A DNA stretch of 32,000 bases, taken from assembly GCA_030606485.1 (NCBI GenBank), contig JAUWGH010000001.1, positions 880,751 to 912,750 on the forward strand, written 5' to 3'. Made by a program: the position numbers and the translations under genes. This DNA is from Promethearchaeota archaeon (GTDB lineage Archaea > Asgardarchaeota > Lokiarchaeia > Sigyniarchaeales > SOKP01). Shown here one piece after another: positions 9,741 to 19,948 of the stretch. Positions within the stretch are counted from its first letter, which is position 1; each line of letters opens with the position of its first letter. The notes beneath the pieces are model-generated. The model worked only from the letters and a program-made list of their open reading frames with translations, was not told the origin of the DNA and ran no database searches.

Positions 9741-10394
9741 TTGGCAGAAGAGATTGAAAAAATTCTCAAAAAAATTCTAGGAATTTGCGGATCTCCAAGA
9801 AAAAACCGATCTTGCGATTTCTTGGTAGAAGAAGCACTGAAAGGAGCTAAAGAAACAGATGAAACTATTGAAATTGAAAAAATTTATTTGGTGGATTATA
9901 AATTAGAGCAATGTACAGGTTGTGATCAATGCTTGCGGGAGCCGTATGAATGTCCATTATCTGAAAATGATGATTTTAAGAAATTAGAAGAAAAAATATT
10001 AAGCGCTGATGCAATTTTTATAGCAGCTCCGTGCTATTTTGGGAGTGTATCCGGTCTAACTAAAGTATTTATTGACCGCTCAAGACCTTGGAAAATGGCA
10101 AATTATAAATTAAAGGATATAATTTTTGCACCTATGGGAGCATCAGGCTTAAGAAATGGTGGTGCTGCAGGAGTTGTATCAGATTTAATAAATTTTGCCT
10201 TTATTCAAGGTATGGTTTGTTTTGGTGCGTTGGGGAATCCTGTAATAGATGAGAACATTCCAATGACATCCTTACAAAAATATGGGCGTAAAGAATTCAT
10301 AAAGAAGGGTGAAATCGACGAAATAGGGCAAAGAGTAGCGAAAAATATAGGTGTGAGAGCTGTAAATCTACTTTTAAAAATGAAAAATAAATGA
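9741..10394 (+). CDS. Iron-sulfur flavoprotein / NADPH-dependent FMN reductase (flavodoxin-fold, Isf-like)
   Basis: GICGSPRK, compact Cys motif CTGCDQC-x6-C, ADAIFIAAPCYFGSVSG.TK.FIDR and SG.RNGG. The TTG start is supported by AGGTGA at 9726-9731. Confidence 0.88.
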   Translation: MAEEIEKILKKILGICGSPRKNRSCDFLVEEALKGAKETDETIEIEKIYLVDYKLEQCTGCDQCLREPYECPLSENDDFKKLEEKILSADAIFIAAPCYFGSVSGLTKVFIDRSRPWKMANYKLKDIIFAPMGASGLRNGGAAGVVSDLINFAFIQGMVCFGALGNPVIDENIPMTSLQKYGRKEFIKKGEIDEIGQRVAKNIGVRAVNLLLKMKNK

Positions 10395-10423
10395 AAACAA
10401 AAATAAGGATTTTTTATTTTTTG

Positions 10424-10774
10424 TTAATTTCGTGAACCACAAAATGGGCAAAATTCAGAATCCCCAATTGGTTTTCCACAATATTTACATTTTTTAGCAG
10501 AAACATCCATTTCCTTCTTTTCTTCTTCTTTTACTTCTTTTTTTTCTCCTGGCCAATGATAATTAATAATAACCCCGCTAACAACCAAAATTATGAATAA
10601 TATAATATAAATTTCATATCTCATTGGAATAAATGTATCTATAAAATTTAATACTGCTTCAATCCATAATTTCATCACTTCTCCGATTGGAGTTAAAACA
10701 ACTTTTGAATATAGAAAAATGACTCCAATGAAGTCTGCAATCATTCTCAAAATATCAACTTGCAGTAATATCAT
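10424..10774 (-). CDS. Small membrane protein with C-terminal zinc ribbon
   Basis: TM segment YEIYIILFIILVVSGVIINY, then a charged linker and CKYC...FCPFC. Confidence 0.8.
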   Translation of the reverse strand: MILLQVDILRMIADFIGVIFLYSKVVLTPIGEVMKLWIEAVLNFIDTFIPMRYEIYIILFIILVVSGVIINYHWPGEKKEVKEEEKKEMDVSAKKCKYCGKPIGDSEFCPFCGSRN

Positions 10775-11308
10775 TTAGTTTGCACCTCCATCTTTACCAA
10801 AAGTAGATTCTGGTATATATACCTTCTCTTCCTTCTTTTCTATTCTTTTGCCAAACTCAACTTCAATTAACTTCCAAATTTTTGCAACTATTATTAAAGC
10901 ATAAGCTCCCAAATAAAGCAATACTATTCCAGCAAAATCAAATGTAACTCTTCCAAGCCCCGGAATTTCAACACCAAATGCTGTTGCACCACTAAATTTG
11001 TAACTCCATAGATAAAAACAGTGCGCGACTACTAATAAAATACTAAATACTATTTTCCTTCTTGATTCTTTTGGAGAAGACCATGAAAAAAATGCTAAAC
11101 CACTTATTGTTAAGCCTAATGCTACAAGCCAGAATATAACAACAGCAATATTTCCTTTAGCTATTTCGATGTCCAATATTTCATCTGGAGGTATAGGTAT
11201 TACCATTTTATCCACATAATCAAATGTTAAGGCTGGTATCAACATAGTGGTTGTCATATATATAGCCATTCCAATAAAACCTCTGAAGATATTCTTCATT
11301 CCTCCCAT
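10775..11308 (-). CDS. Hypothetical membrane protein with about 4 TM helices
   Basis: Four hydrophobic segments. Abuts the downstream gene with a 0-nt gap and the upstream gene with a 1-nt gap. Confidence 0.8.
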   Translation of the reverse strand: MGGMKNIFRGFIGMAIYMTTTMLIPALTFDYVDKMVIPIPPDEILDIEIAKGNIAVVIFWLVALGLTISGLAFFSWSSPKESRRKIVFSILLVVAHCFYLWSYKFSGATAFGVEIPGLGRVTFDFAGIVLLYLGAYALIIVAKIWKLIEVEFGKRIEKKEEKVYIPESTFGKDGGAN

Positions 11309-11309
11309 T

Positions 11310-11825
11310 TTATGGACCTCCCAATGTTAGTGGTATATTTTTTAATTCAACACTAAAAAAAAGTAATCGATATGTATAATAAGCAGAAATATTAAGATCC
11401 ATTGTAAATGTTGGGGGATGAAAAATATCAATATCACCTGATGGAATAGAGAAATCCTCATCGGTAGCTGTAAAATTTCCCTCAAACTCAACACCGGGTC
11501 CAATCTCTGGATAAACTTCCTCATTATACATGATAATATGAGATAACGATACATTATAAGTCATATTAATTGAGATTCCTATCCTTAATTCATCAAGTGG
11601 AAAATATCCTGCATTAGTTATATTGAAAGGTATTGAAAGATACATAGGTTGGTAAAAATTTAATTGTGCAGTTATAGGACCAGACGGTATTTCTATATTT
11701 TCAGAAAAATCACTAAACACGGCTACAGCAGAGAGACCACCGAATAAACCTGTAAGAGTAAGAGAAATTGTCATCACCAATAAAGTAATTCTAAAAATTA
11801 TACGACATATTTTTGAAACTCCCAT
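11310..11825 (-). CDS. N-terminally anchored protein with a beta-rich extracellular domain (LEA_2/WHy-like, tentative)
   Basis: N-terminal TM segment, then beta-strand patterns (YLSIPFNITNAGYF.LDELRIGISINMT) and N-x-S/T sequons NIT, NMT, NVS, NFT and NIS. Confidence 0.7.
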   Translation of the reverse strand: MGVSKICRIIFRITLLVMTISLTLTGLFGGLSAVAVFSDFSENIEIPSGPITAQLNFYQPMYLSIPFNITNAGYFPLDELRIGISINMTYNVSLSHIIMYNEEVYPEIGPGVEFEGNFTATDEDFSIPSGDIDIFHPPTFTMDLNISAYYTYRLLFFSVELKNIPLTLGGP

Positions 11826-11941
11826 AAGAATACCCTTTTATTAGAAAAAATTTTGTTAGATTATAATAATTAATATCAATTTTTTTTAATAATATTATGT
11901 TATCGTTATATTTTTTATAAGAGAATATTTAATTTTAAACC

Positions 11942-13204
11942 CTAATAACCTTTAGGATAAGGATCTTCGGGAATTTCTACTATTTTGAAAGTTTTCTTGG
12001 ATAACACTTTAGGAAATTGTTTTCTTATTGTGCCCCAAAAAAAGTGTTTTGCTCTTTTCTTTTTTATTTTCTCGGACATTGGCTTTTCTCCAATAGCCAT
12101 TTGTAATAATTCAATAATATGATAAATTTTCATTTTTTTCTTCATATACAACTTTTGAACTGTTGAAAGTTGGGCTAAACAACCCGCACAATAAACGCAT
12201 ACAGCATCTGCTTTTGTCTTCTTAAAGTCTCTAATATTTCTGAATCCTGATTTAATTAAATTCATTGGATGATATGCACTATCAACAGAGAACCCTCCAC
12301 CAATGCCACAGCATCTCATGTTTTCTCTACAAGCATCTATCTCGATAACTTTCACACCTATTGCATTTAGTATTTTTCTTGGTAAATCCATATATCCATC
12401 GCCGAACATTTTACCATAACATGATTCTTGGATTGTAACTGTCATATCTAATTTTTCCTTGATTTGAATTTCACCACTTTCAATTCGTTCCCAAAGATAT
12501 TGAATATACGATTTAATTGACTCAAATTTATAAGTTAAACCGTAATGTGGCAAAACATTCATAAAAACATTTGTTCCAGCTGTGCAAAGAACAAGTAGAT
12601 TTTTTGGCTTTAAAATGTTAAACCATTTATCCAATCTTTTAGCAACTTGTTTTATTTGATCTACATAGCCAGTGCGAAATAATGTTTCACCACAACAATA
12701 TTCAAGCCGACCTCTTATATCAAGATCTTTAAAGAAACTTGCTTGAGTTAATTCAGGATATGTAATTATATTGCAACCAGGATATGTCAATGTATCCTCA
12801 ACTGGGCTTAAATTTTTCCATTTCTCTAAAATTTGCTTAGCGTTTTCTGACATATGGTCAATTACATAAGTACGGAAATTTGGATAATAGGGATAATGTG
12901 TTATATAATATTTTGCTCTTTTTTTTAGTCCATTTTTTTCATATTGTTCATTCCACCGCTTTAAGATAAGACTTGTAGGATGTGCATCAGTAGGACAGTA
13001 AAAATTGCAAGTGAAACAACTCTGGCACTTTTTTAAAACTTGTTCGGTTTCTTCACCAGCTATTAATTTTCTCATTTCATTTTTTGATTCTTCGACCGAA
13101 AATTCCATTATTGGACAATGAATTAGACATTCACCGCATAAATCACAAACTTCTTCGTTAAAAGGGTCAAAAAATCTATTATTTATTGGTTTGATATTAG
13201 TCAT
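11942..13204 (-). CDS. HdrD/GlpC-like Fe-S oxidoreductase: 2x[4Fe-4S] domain plus two CCG domains
   Basis: CDLCGEC...CP and CQSCFTC...CP, then YPGC...YCCG...LCTAG and QESC...RCCG.GGG...CAGC. Confidence 0.9.
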   Translation of the reverse strand: MTNIKPINNRFFDPFNEEVCDLCGECLIHCPIMEFSVEESKNEMRKLIAGEETEQVLKKCQSCFTCNFYCPTDAHPTSLILKRWNEQYEKNGLKKRAKYYITHYPYYPNFRTYVIDHMSENAKQILEKWKNLSPVEDTLTYPGCNIITYPELTQASFFKDLDIRGRLEYCCGETLFRTGYVDQIKQVAKRLDKWFNILKPKNLLVLCTAGTNVFMNVLPHYGLTYKFESIKSYIQYLWERIESGEIQIKEKLDMTVTIQESCYGKMFGDGYMDLPRKILNAIGVKVIEIDACRENMRCCGIGGGFSVDSAYHPMNLIKSGFRNIRDFKKTKADAVCVYCAGCLAQLSTVQKLYMKKKMKIYHIIELLQMAIGEKPMSEKIKKKRAKHFFWGTIRKQFPKVLSKKTFKIVEIPEDPYPKGY

Positions 13205-13310
13205 ATTACTTGAGAATGATATTTTTCAAAACATCAATAGAGATAGAATTTCTAAATTATTTAAGATATATGATTTTTTTTGTATAATTTTTTATTTCCT
13301 TGTTGAAATT

Positions 13311-14672
13311 TTAACGGGTTTTCATTATTGGCATCAAAATTCGAAACATTTTTGCATATAATTTTCGAACTGCAGAAATATTAAATAAACTTCGAATCAA
13401 TTTTAAGATTTTATATTTTTTTGGATGGAAGGTGCTCATATTTTTATCATATATTATTCGCTTTATAAAGAAATTCGATTGAAATATAGATAAAAGCAAT
13501 TGATATGTAATAATGGCGATTATATCCCAAGCTCGCTTGATATGGTCATGAGGGTAATTTATTTTCTCACCCATTGCCATTCTAACTATTTCTATTATGT
13601 GATAAACATCTATTTTTTTGTTTAAAAGTTCTTTGGCAGTCCACAATAGATATATACACCCACTACAATAAGAGATTAAGGCTTTTGCTCCCGTTTCTTC
13701 CGCTTCATTATACTTTTTTTTTGTTTCAGAGATCATATTGAATATTAATGAAATATTATCCACCCAAGAAGCTCCTGCTCCAAATCCACAACATAATGAA
13801 TTTTTTTTATTATGTTTCATTTCTAGAATTTTACAGCCGCATTTTTTAAGAATATCTCTTGGTTTTTCCCAATATACACCATTTAAAGGTTTAGAATAGC
13901 AATTGTCATGAATAGTGACTTTAAGATTTAATGGCTTAGGTAATTTTATGTCACCTGCATCAATCTTTTCTATAAGCCAATCATGAAAATTTATAAATTC
14001 TTGATCATGAGTTACTCTCATTTCTTTGGGATGCACTTCTTTAAAAATATATTGGACGGCATCTAAAATTGGAACGATAGTATTAGCTCCCCAATTATCA
14101 AAGTCTCTTTTTGTTCTTTCAGCAATCTTTTGAACGACATCCAGATATCCTCCTTGATAAAGATAAGCCCCTCCCTCCCATTGATCAATTCTATCTATAG
14201 GCTTAAAATAATTTAATAACTTACTTCCTCCAATTATAAATGGAAATAAATGAGTATAATTTCCGATTAATAAAACCTTATCAGATGGTTTAGGAATATA
14301 ATTCATCCATTCATCAATCCATCGTTTTTCTTTATTAGATAGGAAAATATTTAGGAGTTGCCAAATGTTATGTTGCTCAGTAGGACAGACAAAACGATAG
14401 AGAGGAGGTACACCTCTCTCTTTGTATAAATCATTCCATCTTTCAAGGATTAATTGATATGGATTTGCTTGTTGAGGACAATATAAATTACATGATAAAC
14501 ACGTAGTGCAAGTAGTAAGAACATATTTAGATTCCTTTCCCTCGATAAGATTTTTCATTTCTAATTTTGCTTCTTCGATAGGCAGTTGTAAAACAGGACA
14601 GAGATGAAAACATAACCCACATAGATCACATTTATCCACTTTAAATCCGGAAACCCTTTTTTCTTTAATCAT
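13311..14672 (-). CDS. HdrD/GlpC-like Fe-S oxidoreductase paralog with a degenerate first CCG domain
   Basis: CDLCGLC...CP and CTTCLSC...CP. The second CCG domain is intact (HDNC...CCGFGAG...CSGC), while the first lacks cysteines. Confidence 0.88.
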   Translation of the reverse strand: MIKEKRVSGFKVDKCDLCGLCFHLCPVLQLPIEEAKLEMKNLIEGKESKYVLTTCTTCLSCNLYCPQQANPYQLILERWNDLYKERGVPPLYRFVCPTEQHNIWQLLNIFLSNKEKRWIDEWMNYIPKPSDKVLLIGNYTHLFPFIIGGSKLLNYFKPIDRIDQWEGGAYLYQGGYLDVVQKIAERTKRDFDNWGANTIVPILDAVQYIFKEVHPKEMRVTHDQEFINFHDWLIEKIDAGDIKLPKPLNLKVTIHDNCYSKPLNGVYWEKPRDILKKCGCKILEMKHNKKNSLCCGFGAGASWVDNISLIFNMISETKKKYNEAEETGAKALISYCSGCIYLLWTAKELLNKKIDVYHIIEIVRMAMGEKINYPHDHIKRAWDIIAIITYQLLLSIFQSNFFIKRIIYDKNMSTFHPKKYKILKLIRSLFNISAVRKLYAKMFRILMPIMKTR

Positions 14673-14881
14673 TTTATCAATTATCTCAAATTATTGATAT
14701 TTTTTAATTGATATTTATTAGTGAGTATTTTAATAAAATAGATTTCTCTTTCATTTAAATTGTATAAATAAAGTAATAATTTTTGATTGCTTTTTTTATT
14801 CAAATTACGAGAATTCTATGCATAAAAGTTTATATATTTCGAGAATAGATTTTTAATAAATAACCATTAAAGGAGAATTTT

Positions 14882-16447
14882 ATGGAAAAATCTAAAAATG
14901 AATTAGAACCTTCACCAGAATTTCATATATCAAAAGAGAAAGTTATGGCGAACATAATAAAATTAATTCCTGAAATGAGAAAAGTCCGAAGAAAAGCTGA
15001 AAAGCTCTTATTAGAGATTCAAGAGCCAAAATTAAAAGTTCAAGCACCGACTTCTGAAATTATTCAAAATGACTTGAAGAAAATATGTAGTGTTCCACAT
15101 AGAAGAATAGGAACAAAAGAAGCACATGAGATTGAAAATTTTTTAGAAAGTAAATTTATTGAATTAGGGGTTGAAAATGTTAAGAAGGAACCGGTAAATA
15201 TGATAAACTGGGTTGCTAAAAATTGGAAATTAAGTATTCTAAATAAAAATGGAACTATTGAAATTCCTTGCTTTTATGTGCTGAATACCGAATTTACTGA
15301 TAAAGACGGATTAACCGCTCCTATAGTTTATTTAAGAACGGGAAGAGATAAAGATTTTAAAAGGGTTGATGTTAAAGATAAAATTGTAGTTGCAGATATT
15401 AAATTTCCAACACTTCCTATTGGGAAAATAGTAAGTCTAGCTAAACCATATTATGTTGCTGATCCTACTAATTCAATCGATGAAAATACGAAAATGATAT
15501 TAACCTTTGCTTTATTGAATTTCCCACCACAAGCACTTGGGGGAAAACCAAGGGAAGATTCTGTTTATTGGCGTGCAGTAAGAAGAGGAGCATTAGGGTT
15601 AATCCTTATTTTGAGAGATTATCCATCAAATGTTAATAGTCATTGGGGTCCATATGATGGTTCTATGAAACCCGTTCCTGCTTTATATGTAGGAAAATAT
15701 GATGGAATGAAAGTTAGGGAATTAGCCAAATTAAATAATTCTCAAGCTACAATAATTCTTGAGGGGCGTAAGGAACCAAGCATAGCACATAACATTTGGG
15801 GTATATTACCTGGTCTATCTGATGAGATGATAATGGTATCTAGCCATCATGATTCTGCATTTAAGGGTGCTTCTGAAGATGGAACTGGAGTTGCAATGGT
15901 TTTAGCTCAATTGAGAGCATGGTCCAAAATCCCGAAAAATGAAAGACCTCGCTCAATATTATTCATATTAACAACAGGTCATCTGTATGGAGGAATAGGA
16001 GCGGAATCATTTGCAAGAAAATATAAAGATGACCTTTTAAAGAATGTATTAGTAGATGTGAACTTAGAACATATGTGTGCAAAAGATGTTGATGAAGATC
16101 CTCAAACCCATAATTTTAAATTTACAAATGAACTTGCATTTGGGGCAGTATTTCTATCTCAAAGAGTACAATTAGTAGCTCATACAATTAAAGCATTTAA
16201 AGAACATAAAATAGAGCGAATGATGTTAATCCCAGACAATTTTTTTGCAACACCTCCTATTGGTGAAGCAGGTCATTTTACATCTCATAGTGATTTAAAA
16301 ATAATTCATTGGATAAGGTCCCCCTATTACTTACTAACTGCAGAAGATACATTGGATAAAATTGATATGAATAAATTGAGTTCTACTGCTCAATGTGTCT
16401 CAGATTTAATTAATTCTCTAATGATTTTATCAAAGGAACGGTTTTAA
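14882..16447 (+). CDS. M28 peptidase-fold protein with PA-domain insert and non-canonical metal ligands
   Basis: HRRIGT, PA-like DVKDKIVVAD...GALGLILI, SHHDS, GASEDGTG and NLEH. No signal peptide is evident. Confidence 0.8.
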   Translation: MEKSKNELEPSPEFHISKEKVMANIIKLIPEMRKVRRKAEKLLLEIQEPKLKVQAPTSEIIQNDLKKICSVPHRRIGTKEAHEIENFLESKFIELGVENVKKEPVNMINWVAKNWKLSILNKNGTIEIPCFYVLNTEFTDKDGLTAPIVYLRTGRDKDFKRVDVKDKIVVADIKFPTLPIGKIVSLAKPYYVADPTNSIDENTKMILTFALLNFPPQALGGKPREDSVYWRAVRRGALGLILILRDYPSNVNSHWGPYDGSMKPVPALYVGKYDGMKVRELAKLNNSQATIILEGRKEPSIAHNIWGILPGLSDEMIMVSSHHDSAFKGASEDGTGVAMVLAQLRAWSKIPKNERPRSILFILTTGHLYGGIGAESFARKYKDDLLKNVLVDVNLEHMCAKDVDEDPQTHNFKFTNELAFGAVFLSQRVQLVAHTIKAFKEHKIERMMLIPDNFFATPPIGEAGHFTSHSDLKIIHWIRSPYYLLTAEDTLDKIDMNKLSSTAQCVSDLINSLMILSKERF

Positions 16448-16763
16448 TTTTATTTTTATTTTTTCAATCTTTTGAATTACGTGTGCGACGAGAAATCATT
16501 AATTTCCTACAATTTATAGATTTAAATTATCTTTTTTTAGCGAGGTTTTAGATTTACCATATAAAGATCTTTTTTCAAGAGCAAAACATTAATGGTGACA
16601 ATATCTTGAAAGGCAAATTGAAAATAATCTAAACAAATTTAGAGGCAACAATTAATAAATTGAATTGTTATTATTTTAAAAAAGATTTTAATAAATTTAT
16701 TTACTATTTTAAAAAAGGGTCTTAGAAATATTTTAAAAATCTAAACTAATTCTTATAAAAAGA

Positions 16764-16771
16764 TTTAAATA
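16764..16771 (+). promoter_or_regulatory. Putative archaeal TATA box (TTTAAATA) with A-rich BRE upstream of ATPase 1
   Basis: TTTAAATA lies about 25 nt before ATG 16796. The same motif is at 19949-19956 before the paralog. Confidence 0.5.
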
Positions 16772-16795
16772 AAAAAAGTAGGATTTTGAGAAAAT

Positions 16796-19636
16796 ATGGA
16801 ACAAATTAATGCACATTCTATAAGTATTGAAGAAGTAGCAAAAAGATATAATACCTCATTAGAAACAGGTTTGACAGAAGCAGAGACTCAAGTAAAGCTT
16901 GAAAAATATGGAAGGAATGAGTTAATTAAAGAAAAAGGAAAGACTGCTTGGCAATTATTTATAGGCCAATTTAAAAGTTTTCTTGTCTATTTGTTGATTT
17001 TTGCAATTATTATCTCTATTATTATAGGAGCTTGGGAATCCACTAGACCAGGAGCATCAGCTTGGTCATCTGAATACACAGATGCTTTAGTAATTAGTTC
17101 CATTTTAATTATAAATGCAATATTAGGATTTTATCAAGAATACAAGGCTGAAGAATCACTTGAAAGCTTAAAAAAATTAGCACCTCATTATGCGAAAGTA
17201 CAAAGGGATGGAATAGTTAAGGAAATAGGTGTTGAAGATGTTGTTCCCGGAGATATTGTGCTAGTAGAGGAAGGAGATAAGTTTCCAGCAGACATAAGAC
17301 TTACGAAACAATTTTCTCTTTATGTGGATGAGGCTATATTAACAGGAGAGTCGAAACCAGTTCAGAAACAATTGGATATTGTAGATGAAAAGATGATTTT
17401 AGCAGATAGAACCAACCTTGGGTATATGAACACGATAGTAACTAGAGGAAATGGAGAGGGTATTGTAATAGGAACAGGAATGAGTACTGAAATAGGAAAA
17501 ATCGCGGGGAAATTACAAGAAGTGGTAATAGAACCAAGTCCCTTCCAAAAGGAAGTAGATAAATTTGGAAAACAATTAGGAATTATTATTATAATAATAT
17601 GCGTAGCAGTTTTTGTATTTGAATTCGTTCTCATATTAATAACTGAAGGTTTTATAATTACTGAGCAGGGGATTGAAGACATCATAGATGCTTTTAAAAT
17701 AGCAATAAGTTTAGCTGTTTCGGCGGTTCCTGAAGGATTAGTTGTAGTTATTACGGTTGTAATGAGTATAGGGATGAGGAAAATGGTGGATCGAAACGCA
17801 CTGGTGAGGAAATTGACAGCTGTTGAAACATTGGGAAGAGTGAATGTGATCTGTTCTGATAAAACCGGGACTTTGACTAAAAATGAAATGACCGTTGTAA
17901 AAATATATTTCAATGATAAAGAGTTATCTGTTGAAGGTGTAGGATACAATATTAAAGGGAAGATTCTTGAAGATGAAAAACCAATCGTTATGAATGATGA
18001 CCTTAAAAGGTTTCTAGAAGTTTGCTTATTTTGTAATGATTCTCATGTTAGTATAATTGATCAAAAAACTGGAGATCTGGCAGTGGTTGGTGATCCAACT
18101 GAGATTTCTATGAAAGTGTTAGCATTAAAAGGGAAAATAGATCAGTCTTTCGAGAAAATGGATGAGATCCCATTTAGTTCTGATAGAAAAATGATGACTG
18201 TAATTGGAAAAAAAGATGAAAAAATAATCGCTTATATAAAAGGAGCTCCTGATATACTCATGAAAAACGCCTCTAAGGTTGTTTTAAACGGAGAAATAAA
18301 ACCAATTGATGTTTTTAAAGATAAAATCTTAGAAAAAAATGAAGAGTTAGCAAAGAATGCATTAAGAGTTCTTGGGGTTGCATATAAAGAATTAAATTCT
18401 GATTATAATATCAATGATGTAGAAAAGGATTATATTTATATCGGATTGGTTGGGATAATAGATCCACCCAGAGATGAAGTATTAGAAGCGATCAATGGAG
18501 CAAGAAGAGCTGGAATCAGAACAATTATGATTACAGGTGATCATAAAATTACTGCTCTCGCCATTGGAAAGGCAATTGGTTTAACTGAATCAGATGAAGC
18601 AATTACAGGTGTGGAATTAGAGGAGATGAGCGAAGATGAGCTACGAGAAAAAGTTAAAACAGTAAATGTTTTTGCAAGAGTTACGTCAGAACATAAATTA
18701 AGAATATTAAGAAGACTAAAGGAGTTAGATATGATTGTATCTATGACTGGTGATGGAGTTAATGATGCCCCAGCTGTAAAAGGGGCACATGTTGGTGTTG
18801 CAATGGGATTAAAAGGTACTGAGGTTACTCAAGAAGCTTCGGAAATGATTTTAATTGATGATAATTATGCAACTATTGTTAATGCAATAGAAGAAGGGAG
18901 AGGTATATTTGAAACAACTAAAGGTTTCTTTCGTTACATGTTAAGCACCAATTTTGATGAGATTTTTCTAATAATAACAGCATATTTAGTGATGAAATTA
19001 TTTGCAAATGTTTTCTTGGCTCTTCCATTAGAACCAATTCAAATTCTTTGGTTAAATATTGCAACAGATGGCATACCAGCAATGGTATTGGGATTAACTC
19101 CTACAGACCCCGATGTGATGAAACAAAAACCGCGAAAAGGTTTTACATTAATGCCCGAAATAAAAGGACCAGTTCTTTTTCTGGGAATTTACACGGCTAT
19201 TACTGATATTGGTCTATATTTGATTCTCTGGATATATCTAATACCTCTTTGGAGTACCATAGATCCTAATTTGATAGGTTATATGGTGGAGGGTTCTGCA
19301 GCACAACAATATGCAATTACATTATCTCAAACAATAATATTTACAAACTTAGTAATTTGCGAATTATTGTTTGTATTCACATGTACTTCGAATATAAAAC
19401 CATTTTATAAGTTTCCAAATAAGCATTTATTTTGGGCTGTCGGACTATCTTTTGGATTACAATTGTTATTACTTTATACCCCGTTAGGTCTTGCATTTCG
19501 TATTATGCCCTTAACACAATGGTATCATTGGGTTGTAGTTTTTATTGGCGCATTTAGTGTTTCTGTTGTTGACGAGTTAAGAAAATACTTTATCAGACGA
19601 AAACAAAGAAAAATTCCAAATATCGAACATTATTAA
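16796..19636 (+). CDS. P-type ATPase, subfamily IIA (SERCA-like Ca2+-transporting), copy 1
   Basis: TGES, M4 VSAVPEGL, DKTGTLT, KGAPD, MITGD, GDGVNDAPA, M5 STNFDE, M6 LWLNIATDG and M8 CEL. Confidence 0.95.
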   Translation: MEQINAHSISIEEVAKRYNTSLETGLTEAETQVKLEKYGRNELIKEKGKTAWQLFIGQFKSFLVYLLIFAIIISIIIGAWESTRPGASAWSSEYTDALVISSILIINAILGFYQEYKAEESLESLKKLAPHYAKVQRDGIVKEIGVEDVVPGDIVLVEEGDKFPADIRLTKQFSLYVDEAILTGESKPVQKQLDIVDEKMILADRTNLGYMNTIVTRGNGEGIVIGTGMSTEIGKIAGKLQEVVIEPSPFQKEVDKFGKQLGIIIIIICVAVFVFEFVLILITEGFIITEQGIEDIIDAFKIAISLAVSAVPEGLVVVITVVMSIGMRKMVDRNALVRKLTAVETLGRVNVICSDKTGTLTKNEMTVVKIYFNDKELSVEGVGYNIKGKILEDEKPIVMNDDLKRFLEVCLFCNDSHVSIIDQKTGDLAVVGDPTEISMKVLALKGKIDQSFEKMDEIPFSSDRKMMTVIGKKDEKIIAYIKGAPDILMKNASKVVLNGEIKPIDVFKDKILEKNEELAKNALRVLGVAYKELNSDYNINDVEKDYIYIGLVGIIDPPRDEVLEAINGARRAGIRTIMITGDHKITALAIGKAIGLTESDEAITGVELEEMSEDELREKVKTVNVFARVTSEHKLRILRRLKELDMIVSMTGDGVNDAPAVKGAHVGVAMGLKGTEVTQEASEMILIDDNYATIVNAIEEGRGIFETTKGFFRYMLSTNFDEIFLIITAYLVMKLFANVFLALPLEPIQILWLNIATDGIPAMVLGLTPTDPDVMKQKPRKGFTLMPEIKGPVLFLGIYTAITDIGLYLILWIYLIPLWSTIDPNLIGYMVEGSAAQQYAITLSQTIIFTNLVICELLFVFTCTSNIKPFYKFPNKHLFWAVGLSFGLQLLLLYTPLGLAFRIMPLTQWYHWVVVFIGAFSVSVVDELRKYFIRRKQRKIPNIEHY

Positions 19637-19658
19637 TTTTTTTCTGGTTTTTTTTTTT
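19634..19658 (+). terminator. Oligo-T tract typical of archaeal intrinsic terminators
   Basis: TAA is followed directly by a T8 run and then a T-rich run, downstream of ATPase 1. Confidence 0.45.
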
Positions 19659-19948
19659 AAATTAATCACAAACATTATCTACAAATGCTTAAAAACGATT
19701 TTCAAGTTCTTTTAGATTATTTAAAACACCATAAATAATTTTCCCAAATCATTAGTTTTAAAGTATTTATCAATTATCTCATTAAAAACTTCGATTATAT
19801 TTTTAATAAAGATAACTATAAACAATAATCCCTCTAAACAAATTGAAGTAGGCAATATAAAAATTGTATTTTCTTTTTAAAAAAGGTTTTAAGATATCAA
19901 TATTTATTGAATTTATATTTTTAAATCGAATATTGTTTTTCAAAAAAA

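Noticed and set aside
11942-14672. Selenocysteine (TGA read-through) in the Fe-S proteins, or a methanogenesis role
   Set aside because: Both ORFs are uninterrupted, with no in-frame TGA at Cys positions. CCG-domain proteins are widespread outside methanogens and no partner genes are present.
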